DNA of 24,000 nucleotides from an uncultured Verrucomicrobiae bacterium (GTDB lineage: Bacteria; Verrucomicrobiota; Verrucomicrobiia; Palsa-1439). A program made the translations under genes and the position numbers. The stretch covers positions 74,090 to 98,089 of the forward strand of contig CAVYAC010000061.1 of NCBI GenBank assembly GCA_963766065.1, given 5' to 3'. The notes under the pieces are model-generated. The model was given only the letters and a program-made list of their open reading frames with translations, was not told the origin of the DNA and ran no database searches. This document shows, piece after piece, positions 9,301-18,151 of this stretch (position 1 is the first letter of the stretch; every line of letters starts with the position of its first letter).

Positions 9301-10620
9301 TATGGCACCGTTTGGACCGATTCCGCAAGCACACTCAACACACGCTCCAACTGCTCGCCGTTAATGCAGTACGGCGGCATCAGCACGATGGTGTTGCCAA
9401 TGGGCCGGGTGAGCACGCCTCGTCAACGCATTTCCGCACAGACCTTGATGCCAATCCTGTCGGTCAACGGAAACGGCTTCTTCGCGCCAACATCTTGAGA
9501 CAATTCGATGGCGCCGATCATCCCGATGTGCCGCACGTCTCCGACGTGCGGAAGTTGTCTCATCAATTCCAAGCCGGCGCGCAGGTGTTCACACTTTGGT
9601 TGGAGCGCCTTCAACGTTTGCTCTTCTTCGAACACTTGCAAATTTCCCAACGCCGCCGCGCAGCCGAGCTGGTTGCCTGTGTAACTATGGCCATGGAAGA
9701 ACGTCTTGAACTCGCTGTAGTCGCCAAGAAATGCCCGGAAAATTTCCTCGGTCGTCAGCGTCACCGCCAGCGGCAGATAACCACCGGTGAGGCCCTTCGC
9801 CACCGCCATTAGGTCGGGCGTCACGCCTTCCTGCTCGCAGGCGAACATCGTTCCCGTGCGCCCGAAGCCGGTCATTACTTCATCGGCAATCAACAGCGCG
9901 CCCGGCTCGGTGCATAGACGCCGCAATTCGCCCAGCAGTCCGCGCCTCCACAGCCGCATCCCGGCCGCGCCTTCAACGAGTGGCTCGATCACAACCGCCG
10001 CAATCGAGTCCTTATGCCCGTGAAACACCCTCTTCAAATTCGATAGATCGCTTACCCGAATCACGTCAAACAATAGAGGTTTGAACGCCGCGTGAAACAA
10101 ATCAATCCCCCCCCACGCTGACCGCACCCAGCGTGTCGCCGTGGTACGCATCGGCAAACGCCACAAACTTCGTGCGCTGCGGCTGTTTCCGGTGCCGCCA
10201 GTATTGCAGCGCCATTTTGATGGACACCTCCATCGCGGTCGAGCCGTCATCGGAATAGAACACCCGCGTCAGTCCCCGCGGCGCAATCGCCACCAGTTTT
10301 TCCGCCAGTTCAATGGCAGGCCCATTCGAGAGGCCAAGGAATGACGAATGTGCGATCCTGTCGAGCTGATCCTTGATGGCCTGTGTAATCTTCGGGTGCT
10401 GATGACCATGGAGATTCGTCCAGATCGAGGAATTCGCATCGATATACTCGCGCCCGTTCACGTCCCGCAGAATTGCGCCCTGCCCCGACTCAATGATGAC
10501 GGGCTCTTCTCCCATCCAGTCCTTCATCTGCGTGAACGGATGCCAGAGGTGGCGATGGTCCTTGTCAGCGAGTGAGTCCACCAAACTCCCCCAGGAATTG
10601 TTCGATATCGCGTGGCTCAT
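9300..10620 (-). pseudogene. bioA: Adenosylmethionine-8-amino-7-oxononanoate aminotransferase BioA, interrupted by a frameshift and an in-frame TGA (pseudogene or sequence errors)
   Basis: Frame 1 (10102..10620): HLWHPFTQMKDW...FYSDDGSTAMEVSIKMALQYW...FADAYHGDTLGAVSVGG. Continues in another frame (9423..10250): IDLFHAAFKPLLF...LLIADEVMTGFGRTGTMFACEQEGVTPDLMAVAKGLTGGYLPLAVT. After TGA at 9423..9425 the same frame continues RGVLTRPIGNTIVLMPPYCINGEQLERVLSVL to a TAA at 9300..9302. Confidence 0.9.
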
Positions 10621-11731
10621 GCGCGGCGGTCACCGTGACCCGCAGGCGGGCTTTGCCCTTCGGAACGGTCGGAAAACGAATGGCCGGAACAAAGATACCG
10701 CGCTCGTAAAGCCTCTGTGAAGTTTCCACGGTGGCCGCCTTGTCCCCGATAATGATCGGGATGATCGGACTGCGGGATTCATTCTGGATACCGAGCGCCG
10801 ACAATCCGTTTTTCATGAGGCTCACGTTGCGCCAGAGCCGGTCGCGTCGTTCATGCCCACGCTCGCTCATGACAAAGTCCACGGCTGCCGCGGACGCCGC
10901 GCACACCGCCGGCGGCAACGCTGTCGAATAAATCAGGCTGCGCGCCCGATTTCGCAGGAAGTCGATCAACACTTGGGATCCGACAACAAAACCGCCCAGG
11001 CACCCAAGCGCTTTGCTGAGCGTGCCGAGTGTGACATCGACCTTGTCCTCCACGCCGGTGGCCTCAGCAAGACCACGGCGATTCTTCGCATACAATCCGG
11101 TCGCGTGCGCTTCATCAATCATCAGCCATGCCCCGTATTCTTCTTTCAGCTCGACGATCTCCGCCAACGGCGCCAGATCGCCGTCCATGGAAAATACCGT
11201 CTCGGTCACGACAAGCGTCCGTCGAAACGAGCCGCTCTGTTGAAGAATGGCTTCGAGCTTTTTCAGGTTCTTGTGCGGGTAGACGCGAATCGTCGCGCCG
11301 CTCTGGCGGGCGCCGTCGATGATGCTCGCGTGATCCAGCTTATCGAGAATGACCACATCTCGTTCCCCGACCAGCGCGGTAATGGTGCCGACATTGGCCG
11401 CATAACCGCTGCTGAAAACCAGTGCGGCTTCCTTTGCCTTGAACGCCGTGAGTCTGCGCTCCAAGTCCTCGTAGGGTTGCAAGTTCCCGGACACGAGGCG
11501 CGACGCGCCGGCCCCGACCCCATACTTCTCCATCGCATTCACCCACGCCTGTCTCAACACCGGGTCGTTGGCCAAGGCAAGGTAATCGTTGCTGGAAAAG
11601 TTCAGAAACTCGCGGCCATTGAGCTGGATGCGCGGGCCTTGCGCCGATGTCACGTTCCGCAGGGTGCGGTACAACCCTTCCGCACGCGTCTTGTCCAAGT
11701 CAGCGCCGAGTTGATCACGGAGATTTGACAT
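10565..11731 (-). CDS. bioF: 8-amino-7-oxononanoate synthase (alpha-oxoamine synthase family)
   Basis: 388 aa; LNFSSNDYLALANDP, YGVGAGASRLVSGN, FSSGYAANVGTI, DEAHATGLYAKNRRGLAE, TLSKALGCLGGFV; adjacent to bioA supports bioF over glycine C-acetyltransferase. Confidence 0.88.
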   Translation of the reverse strand: MSNLRDQLGADLDKTRAEGLYRTLRNVTSAQGPRIQLNGREFLNFSSNDYLALANDPVLRQAWVNAMEKYGVGAGASRLVSGNLQPYEDLERRLTAFKAKEAALVFSSGYAANVGTITALVGERDVVILDKLDHASIIDGARQSGATIRVYPHKNLKKLEAILQQSGSFRRTLVVTETVFSMDGDLAPLAEIVELKEEYGAWLMIDEAHATGLYAKNRRGLAEATGVEDKVDVTLGTLSKALGCLGGFVVGSQVLIDFLRNRARSLIYSTALPPAVCAASAAAVDFVMSERGHERRDRLWRNVSLMKNGLSALGIQNESRSPIIPIIIGDKAATVETSQRLYERGIFVPAIRFPTVPKGKARLRVTVTAAHEPRDIEQFLGEFGGLTR

Positions 11732-12301
11732 TCGATGAGGAAGATTCCGGCGGCGCTTGATAGATCACCACGGCATGCGGATCGACCCGATAGCGCAGCC
11801 CGGCGCTCTCCGTCACATACTTCAACACATCCGCCAAAGGAACACTGCGAAGATTCATCGTGATCTTGGCGGTCTTGAAGGTCTCTGGTGCCTGCCAGAC
11901 GAAGTTGATCGGAGTATCCGCCCCCGAAACCTTCTGACTTTCCGCCTGCAAAAAGTCAATGACCCCCGCCACACCCGCCCCGCGGAAGTTGACCTCGGGG
12001 ATGATGATTTCATCCAATGTCTCTCGCAGTGCCATGGAGGAATGGGGATCATGCTTCGCAACTTCGATCCCGGAAGCAAGCGCTTGTATTCCAAGTTGTC
12101 CGGGTATAGCTGCAACATCTGCTTGCAGCGCACCTCGGCTTCTTCATACCGGCCTGTCCGCTCCAGAAGGAGCACTGTCTGTTGATCGGTGAGCTGGTAT
12201 GTGTTGGTTTCCATTTCCGCAGCCACAGCCGGCGCGAGGGGCAGCAAACAGGTTAGCGCCAGGAGACCGATGCACACGGTCGCTGAGTTATCGTGTCTCA
12301 T
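11715..12301 (-). pseudogene. Secreted STN-like (secretin/TonB short N-terminal) domain protein, frameshifted
   Basis: N-terminus from ATG 12301, MRHDNSATVCIGLLALTCLLPLAPAVAAEMETNTYQLTDQQ...AEVRCKQMLQLYPDNLEYKRLL, in one frame; the next frame gives IEVAKHDPHSSMALRETLDEIIIPEVNFRGAGVAGVIDFLQAESQKVS...ITMNLRSVPLADVLKYVTESAGLRYRVDPHAVVIY. Break lies near 12065..12085. Confidence 0.7.
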
Positions 12302-13511
12302 CAACAACCACCTCGCCCCCCACCATTGAGAAACTCACCTGCTTGTCGGCGTAGACAATCGCCTCATAGGGGTCCCCGCCGGTGCCGTCCATCGGCGCGG
12401 CAATCAGGTCGGCCCAAGCGCCGACAGCAACGCGTCCCAGTTTCTCACGGAGGTTCAACGCCTTCGCGGCGTTGACCGTGGCCAAGGTCAACAATTCCTG
12501 GGCTGCCATACGCGGGAACATATGGCCGAGCGTTTGCATTTCGCTCAGCATGTTCAGTGTATCGTTGCTGGCCATGCTGTCGGTACCGAGGCAGGTATTG
12601 ATCCGGTGCTCTTTCCAGGTGTTCAGCGGGGGGCTGCCACGGCCGAAGAAGCGATGCGTCTTGGGGCAGTGCACCACGTGTGTGCCCGTCTGCGTGAGCA
12701 GAGAGACGTCCAGCGGCGTGAGGTAATTCGCGTGGGCGGCGAGGCAGTTGGGCCCAAGCACACCGCACTCGGACAGCAATTGCGTCGGACTTACGCGTTT
12801 GCAGTCGGACATGTCGCGGCCGGCGCGTAAAAAATAGTCATACATATGCCCCGTGCCGCGACGAATCATGTCGTCTTCTTCCTCCGACTCGGCAAGATGC
12901 GTCGTCAACGGAATGTTGCGCCCGCGAGAGTATCGGGCGCAGAGCCGGTACAACTCGGCGGTCGCCGTGTAGGGCGCATGCGGGGAAAACCCAAAACCTC
13001 CGTGCGGGTTGGAATGGCCCGCGATGAACTCCAACACCTGCGCCGCCACTTCGCGGGCGCCTTCGGGACGATTGAAATCGATCATTTCCAGGCACCACCA
13101 CACTCGCAGTTGTGGCGGCGGAATCTGCTCGATGAACCTTGGGAACGACTCGATGTTCACCACCGTGGTCGTCCCGGACCGTGCCAGCATATCCAGACCC
13201 ATTTGGATTCCCTCAAGATACTCCTTTTCGGGGTGAAGTTGCTTCGCGGCGACCAACTGGAGCAGCCACTCGGTGAAACTGCCGCGCCACTGGACCTCAT
13301 CGTGCAGGCGTGTGTAGTCGAGATGGCAATGCGCGTTAATCAACCCCGGTGCCAGCGCCCGTTCGCCCAGGTCGCGAACGTCACCCGTGTGAGCGGCCCG
13401 CACTTCCGCGGTCTTGCCCACGGCCACAATCGTGTCGCCTTCGATGGCTACCGCGCCGTCTTCGATCGGCGGCTGGTCCATCGGCAACACGTATCGCGCT
13501 CGCAAGATCAT
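12288..13511 (-). CDS. Amidohydrolase-family metal-dependent deaminase (SsnA/MtaD-like or aminofutalosine-deaminase-like)
   Basis: LAPGLINAHCHLDY, FSPHAPYTAT, LTTHLAESEEE, CLAAHANYL, HCPKTHRFFG, LGTDSMASNDTLNML. ATG at 13511 overlaps the end of the preceding gene. Confidence 0.88.
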   Translation of the reverse strand: MILRARYVLPMDQPPIEDGAVAIEGDTIVAVGKTAEVRAAHTGDVRDLGERALAPGLINAHCHLDYTRLHDEVQWRGSFTEWLLQLVAAKQLHPEKEYLEGIQMGLDMLARSGTTTVVNIESFPRFIEQIPPPQLRVWWCLEMIDFNRPEGAREVAAQVLEFIAGHSNPHGGFGFSPHAPYTATAELYRLCARYSRGRNIPLTTHLAESEEEDDMIRRGTGHMYDYFLRAGRDMSDCKRVSPTQLLSECGVLGPNCLAAHANYLTPLDVSLLTQTGTHVVHCPKTHRFFGRGSPPLNTWKEHRINTCLGTDSMASNDTLNMLSEMQTLGHMFPRMAAQELLTLATVNAAKALNLREKLGRVAVGAWADLIAAPMDGTGGDPYEAIVYADKQVSFSMVGGEVVVDETR

Positions 13512-13515
13512 GAAC

Positions 13516-14307
13516 TCATTCTCTCTCGTCGCAAGGGATTCGGATTCGTTCGATGGAACGGGCGCGACCGGTCGTCTCGTCCACGTTGACAATCGCACCA
13601 CACAACGCAACGTCACCCTCCGCAACCTCCATTTTCTGTGGCATCTGGGTGAGAAACCGCTGCAGCACCGCGCCCACGTCCCGTCCCAGCACCGAATCAT
13701 GCGGCCCGCACATGCCGGCGTCCGACAGGTACGCCGTGCCCTTGGGCAGGACGTGCTCATCTGCCGTCGCCACGTGTGTGTGTGTTCCAATCACCGCACT
13801 CACCTTTCCATCCAGAAATCGACCCATGGCAATTTTCTCGCTCGTGGCTTCGGCATGCAAGTCCACAATGATGACTTTCGTCTGCGTGAGCAACCGCGCG
13901 ACCTCGGCTTCGGCAGCGCGAAATGGACAATCCGTGTTCGGCATGAACACCCGGCCAATCAAGTTCAGCACCCCGACGGGCGGTAATCCGTCCAATCGTA
14001 CCACCGTCGATCCCTTCCCCGGGGCGGAAGCGGGGAAGTTCAGAGGACGCAGCAGCCGCGGCTCGCGTTGGATGACCTCGTAGACCTCTTTTTGATCCCA
14101 CACGTGGTCGCCCGAGGTGATCACGTCCACCCCGCTCGTGAGCAATGCGTCCACGGTTGATGCTGTCAGGCCGGCTCCGTGCGCGCTGTTTTCACCGTTG
14201 GCGATGACGAAGTCGATATCCCGTTCCTCCCGCAGGCGCGGCACCAAGGTGGCGACCGCCCGTCGCCCGGGTTTGCCGACGACGTCGCCAATGAACAGGA
14301 TCCTCAT
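13516..14307 (-). CDS. YmdB-family (TIGR00282-type) metallophosphoesterase
   Basis: MRILFIGDVVGKPGRRAV, FVIANGENSAHGAGLT, VITSGDHVWDQKE, IIVDLHAEATSEKIAMG, IGTHTHVATADEHVLPKGTAYLSDAGMCGP; located directly downstream of rny. Confidence 0.93.
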   Translation of the reverse strand: MRILFIGDVVGKPGRRAVATLVPRLREERDIDFVIANGENSAHGAGLTASTVDALLTSGVDVITSGDHVWDQKEVYEVIQREPRLLRPLNFPASAPGKGSTVVRLDGLPPVGVLNLIGRVFMPNTDCPFRAAEAEVARLLTQTKVIIVDLHAEATSEKIAMGRFLDGKVSAVIGTHTHVATADEHVLPKGTAYLSDAGMCGPHDSVLGRDVGAVLQRFLTQMPQKMEVAEGDVALCGAIVNVDETTGRARSIERIRIPCDERE

Positions 14308-15845
14308 TTCGCGTACTCCACGGCGCGTGTTTCGCGGACCACGGTGACCTTGATTTGACCGGGATACTGCAACTCCTGCTCGATCTTTTTGCTGATGTTG
14401 CGCGCCATTTGAATCGCCTCGTCATCGGTGACCGTATTCGGTAGCACAAACACGCGAATCTCCCGCCCGGCCTGAAGTGCGTAGCTTTTATCGACACCGG
14501 GAAAGGCGTTGGCGACAGTTTCGAGCTTCTCGAGGCGTTGGAGGTACAAATCCATACTCTCGCTACGGGCGCCGGGTCGCGACGCGCTAATGGCGTCCGC
14601 CGCGCTGGCCAGCACGCCGTACGTGGTGATCGGCTCCACTTCGTGGTGGTGACAGGCCACCCCCTGCCACACCTCTTCCGGCTCGCCGTACTTCCGGAGA
14701 AGCTCCGCACCGATCTTGGCGTGCGACCCTTCGACTTCATGGTCCACCGCCTTGCCGATGTCGTGAAACAGGCCCACGCGCTTGGCGATCTGCTGGTTGA
14801 GCCCGAGTTCCGCCGCCATCATGCCCTCGATCTCGGCGACTTCCACCGAGTGATCCAGCACGTTCTGGGCAAAACTGTGGCGGAATCGAAGCCGTCCAAG
14901 CAACCGGGTCACTTCGGGATGCACTTTCTGCAGCCCAACCCGAATCACCGCCTCCTCCCCCGCTTTGTGGATCAGCCCATCCAGTTCTTCACGGACCTTC
15001 GCGACCTCCTCTTCGATGCGGGCCGGGTTGATCCGGCCGTCGGCGATGAGGCGTTCCAACGTCTGCCGGGCCAACTCGCGACGGACGGGGTCGAACCCGC
15101 TGAGCACCACTGCCTGGGGCGTGTCATCAATGAGCACGTTGATCCCCGTGGTGGCTTCAAAGGCACGAATGTTCCGGCCCTCGCGGCCGATGATGCGCCC
15201 CTTCATCTCCTCGCTCGGGAGCGTAATGGTACAGCTTGTCGCCGTCTGGACGTAGCTCGATGCGCACCGCTCGATCGCAATGGTAATGGTCCGCTTGGCC
15301 TCGCGATCGGCCTGTTGCTTGGCCTCTTCGATGATTCGTCGGGTCATCGCAGCGGCTTCGGAATGTACGTCCTCCTGTAGTTGCATCAGTAGTCGCTTCT
15401 TGGCTTCCTCGGCGCTCAGACCCGCCACCCGTTCCAGTTCCCGCTGGGTCAGCTTCTTCAGATCGTCAATCTCGGTCTGGATCTTGTGGAGTTCTTTCTC
15501 CCGTTCCACAACCGTCACTTCCTTCTTGGAAACCTCCTCCGTCTTTCGGTCGAGCAAATCGGCCTTGCGATCCAGATTGGACTCGCGCTGCATGACCCGC
15601 TTCTCCATCTCCAGCAATTCCTGCCGTCGATCCTTGTTTTCCTTGTCAAACAGCTCTCGTGATTTGTATGTTTCTTCCTGTGCTTTTACCCGCGCATCCC
15701 GAAGCGTTTCGTCCGCTTCCTTCCGCGCGGTCTCAATGATCCCACCAGCCGTTTTGGTGTCCGCTTTCGCCTTCGTCTGGCAAAGTAACCAGCCAAACGC
15801 AACGCCGACGACCAGGGTGATGAGACCGATTATGATATAGGTCAT
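14304..15845 (-). CDS. rny: Ribonuclease Y
   Basis: 513 aa; N-terminal TM, long coiled coil, KH region GREGRNIRAFEATTGINVLIDDTP, HD domain HSFAQNVLDHSVEVAEIEG...LFHDIGKAVDHEVEGSH, C-terminal GQIKVTVVRETRAVEYAK. Confidence 0.96.
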   Translation of the reverse strand: MTYIIIGLITLVVGVAFGWLLCQTKAKADTKTAGGIIETARKEADETLRDARVKAQEETYKSRELFDKENKDRRQELLEMEKRVMQRESNLDRKADLLDRKTEEVSKKEVTVVEREKELHKIQTEIDDLKKLTQRELERVAGLSAEEAKKRLLMQLQEDVHSEAAAMTRRIIEEAKQQADREAKRTITIAIERCASSYVQTATSCTITLPSEEMKGRIIGREGRNIRAFEATTGINVLIDDTPQAVVLSGFDPVRRELARQTLERLIADGRINPARIEEEVAKVREELDGLIHKAGEEAVIRVGLQKVHPEVTRLLGRLRFRHSFAQNVLDHSVEVAEIEGMMAAELGLNQQIAKRVGLFHDIGKAVDHEVEGSHAKIGAELLRKYGEPEEVWQGVACHHHEVEPITTYGVLASAADAISASRPGARSESMDLYLQRLEKLETVANAFPGVDKSYALQAGREIRVFVLPNTVTDDEAIQMARNISKKIEQELQYPGQIKVTVVRETRAVEYAK

Positions 15846-16435
15846 TGTCGGTTACCCCTGAGGTTGACCACTCGTGTTTCCGTCACAATAAAGTCCATGC
15901 GGGCGTCATGCGCTTCCGCCGGGACCTCGTCCAATACCTGGAAATCGAAGGCCAGCGCGATCTTGACACCGCTGGTTTGCCCCAGCAGCCGGTCGAAATG
16001 ACCTGATCCGCGGCCCAATCGGTTTCCCGTTTCGTCGAACGCCAACCCGGGCACCAGCGCGACGTCGATCTGATCGAGCGCCACCGGTCGTATTACCCCG
16101 GGTTTCGGTTCTAAAACTCCAAATTTGCCTGCCGTCAACTCGTTATCAAAATCCTGCAGCTCGGAAGCGGTGTAGCCTTGCGTCGCCGGTTCAAATCGCG
16201 GCACAGACACCTGTCGGCCCATGGCGAGCAACTGACGGATCAGTCCCTGCGTGTCCACTTCGTTTCCCATGGACACGTACACCAGCAACCGCGTGGCGAT
16301 TACGAATTCCCTCAGCACCGACAACCGCTCCCAGATGGCGGCGCTCTTCGCGCGAACATCGGCCCCGCCCTGCCCAGCCAAGCGCGCGCGCATCTGTTCC
16401 CGCAGCGCTATCTTTTCTTGAGCAGCTGTTTCCAT
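15842..16435 (-). CDS. 5-formyltetrahydrofolate cyclo-ligase family protein
   Basis: METAAQEKIALREQMRARL...YVSMGNEVDTQGLIRQLLAMGRQVSVPR...VPGLAFDETGNRLGRGSGHFDRLL. ATG at 16435; 4 nt overlap with rny start. Confidence 0.88.
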   Translation of the reverse strand: METAAQEKIALREQMRARLAGQGGADVRAKSAAIWERLSVLREFVIATRLLVYVSMGNEVDTQGLIRQLLAMGRQVSVPRFEPATQGYTASELQDFDNELTAGKFGVLEPKPGVIRPVALDQIDVALVPGLAFDETGNRLGRGSGHFDRLLGQTSGVKIALAFDFQVLDEVPAEAHDARMDFIVTETRVVNLRGNRQ

Positions 16436-17751
16436 TTGTCCATTCGTTCGCGAACCTTGATCTCGAAGCCTTGGTCGCCCGGCTCGTAATACTTGCGATG
16501 CTCGGGTAGATGGTTTTGTTCGACAACGTGTCCTTCGAAATCGTGGGCGTACTTGTACCCTTCCCCGTGGCCGAGTCGCGCCGCACCCTTGTAATGCGTG
16601 TCCTTGAGGTGCTGGGGGACTTCCAGCGTTCGTCCCTGTTCCACGTCGGCTTTGGCGCTCCAGATCCCTTTCGCGCTGGCATTCGATTTCGGCGCGGTCG
16701 CGCAATATACCGTCGCTTCGGCCAACGGCAACTCGCCTTCGGGCCAACCGATGAACTCTACGGCGTGATGCGCCGCCACCGACAGAACCAGCGCCTGCGG
16801 GTCTGCCAAGCCGATGTCTTCCGCGGCCAGGATCACGATCCGTCGCGCGATAAATCGGGGGTCTTCCCCGGCAACCACCATTTTCGCCAGCCAGTACAAC
16901 GCCGCATCGGGATCGCTGCCGCGCATCGATTTGATGAACGCCGAGATCGTGTCGTAGTGCTCGTCCTCGTCCGCGTCGTAGACCACGGCCTTCTTCTGAA
17001 TGGACTCTTCGGCAATCTCCCTGGTGATATGCCCCGACGGAGTGGTCAGGACACCGATTTCCAAGGAATTAAGCGCTTTGCGTCCGTCGCCATCACAAGC
17101 TGTGGCGAGAAAATCCAGTGCGGCGGCGTCCACTTTGACTTTCTTCGTTCCGAGGCCACGGTCTTTGTCTGTCAACGCCCGCAGCATCAATTCCTTGATG
17201 TCCGCCGGTGTGAGCGGCTTGAGCTGGAAAATCTGCGACCGCGACACCAGCGGCGAGTTGACATAGAAGAACGGATTGTGCGTCGTTGCCCCGATTAGAC
17301 GGACCGTCCCGTTCTCCACGTCGGGCAACAGCACGTCCTGTTGCGCCTTGTTGAACCGGTGAATCTCGTCAATGAACAGGATCGTGCGTTGGCCCGCATT
17401 GGTGAGACGATTGGCCGCCGTGGCGATCACGCGACGGATATCCGCGACGTTCGATTCCACGCCGCTCAGGCTCTCGAACTTGCTCTTGGTGGCGTTGGCG
17501 ATGACCTGCGCAAGGGAGGTCTTGCCCGTTCCCGGCGGCCCATAGAAAATGATGGAACTGATGCGGTCGGCGTTGATCGCGCGCCACAGTAACTTGCCTT
17601 CTCCGAGGATGTGGCGTTGCCCGACGAAGTCTTCCAGTGTCCGCGGGCGCATACGCGTGGCCAATGGAGCCGTGGCGAGGTCGCCAGCCTCCGCCGTGGC
17701 GGCGGGTCTCGGGGATTGGTTGGAAAATAGGTTGTCGGTCATGACCACCAA
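16408..17751 (-). CDS. rarA: Replication-associated recombination protein A (RarA/MgsA AAA+ ATPase)
   Basis: LATRMRPRTLEDFVGQRHILG, IIFYGPPGTGKTSLAQVIA, ILFIDEIHRFNKAQQDVLLP, RLIGATTHNPFF, and C-terminal YKYAHDFEGHVVEQNHLPE. Confidence 0.96.
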   Translation of the reverse strand: MVVMTDNLFSNQSPRPAATAEAGDLATAPLATRMRPRTLEDFVGQRHILGEGKLLWRAINADRISSIIFYGPPGTGKTSLAQVIANATKSKFESLSGVESNVADIRRVIATAANRLTNAGQRTILFIDEIHRFNKAQQDVLLPDVENGTVRLIGATTHNPFFYVNSPLVSRSQIFQLKPLTPADIKELMLRALTDKDRGLGTKKVKVDAAALDFLATACDGDGRKALNSLEIGVLTTPSGHITREIAEESIQKKAVVYDADEDEHYDTISAFIKSMRGSDPDAALYWLAKMVVAGEDPRFIARRIVILAAEDIGLADPQALVLSVAAHHAVEFIGWPEGELPLAEATVYCATAPKSNASAKGIWSAKADVEQGRTLEVPQHLKDTHYKGAARLGHGEGYKYAHDFEGHVVEQNHLPEHRKYYEPGDQGFEIKVRERMDKWKQLLKKR

Positions 17752-18151
17752 TCTGGCCCCGTATTCTGAGCCGCGTGTGATCTGTGGCGTTGCCCGACAG
17801 GAGCCCGAACGCCCCGCGAGGGCGGGGCACCAAAACGAAATACCCCGCCGTAATGCCGTCTAAACGATATCTTTGAACCCCTTACTAATAGGGGGCTCTG
17901 CCGGCTGTTTCATGCTTCCAGTGAAGGCATGCAATCCACAACCGAACACCGAGCTCCGTCAATGACGGTGTTGGCTCAAAGAAGTGTCGTTTGTTACGTA
18001 CATGGCAGGGTATTTCGAAAATCTTGCCTTGGCAAAGAACATCGGCGACCACCGTCGCCCGCTTGTTTCCCTTGTAACACTTGTCCCGATCGAATTCAAG
18101 AGGATTCCAGTCACTTTTATGGTCGTCGCTTAATTACCCTGCTCATGTACA

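Noticed and set aside
9423-9425. Selenocysteine at the bioA TGA
   Set aside because: BioA does not use Sec, the position is not an active-site cysteine position, and no obvious SECIS-like hairpin was identified; a nonsense mutation or base error is simpler.
7993-9498. 501 aa plus-strand ORF opposite the Fe-S carrier, MEMO and bioA 3' region
   Set aside because: Overlaps well-supported minus-strand genes with strong motifs; composition typical of antisense frames.
10853-11728. 291 aa plus-strand ORF opposite bioF
   Set aside because: Antisense to the conserved bioF; no family features.
12846-13589. 247 aa plus-strand ORF opposite the amidohydrolase
   Set aside because: Antisense to strongly supported metal-dependent hydrolase motifs.
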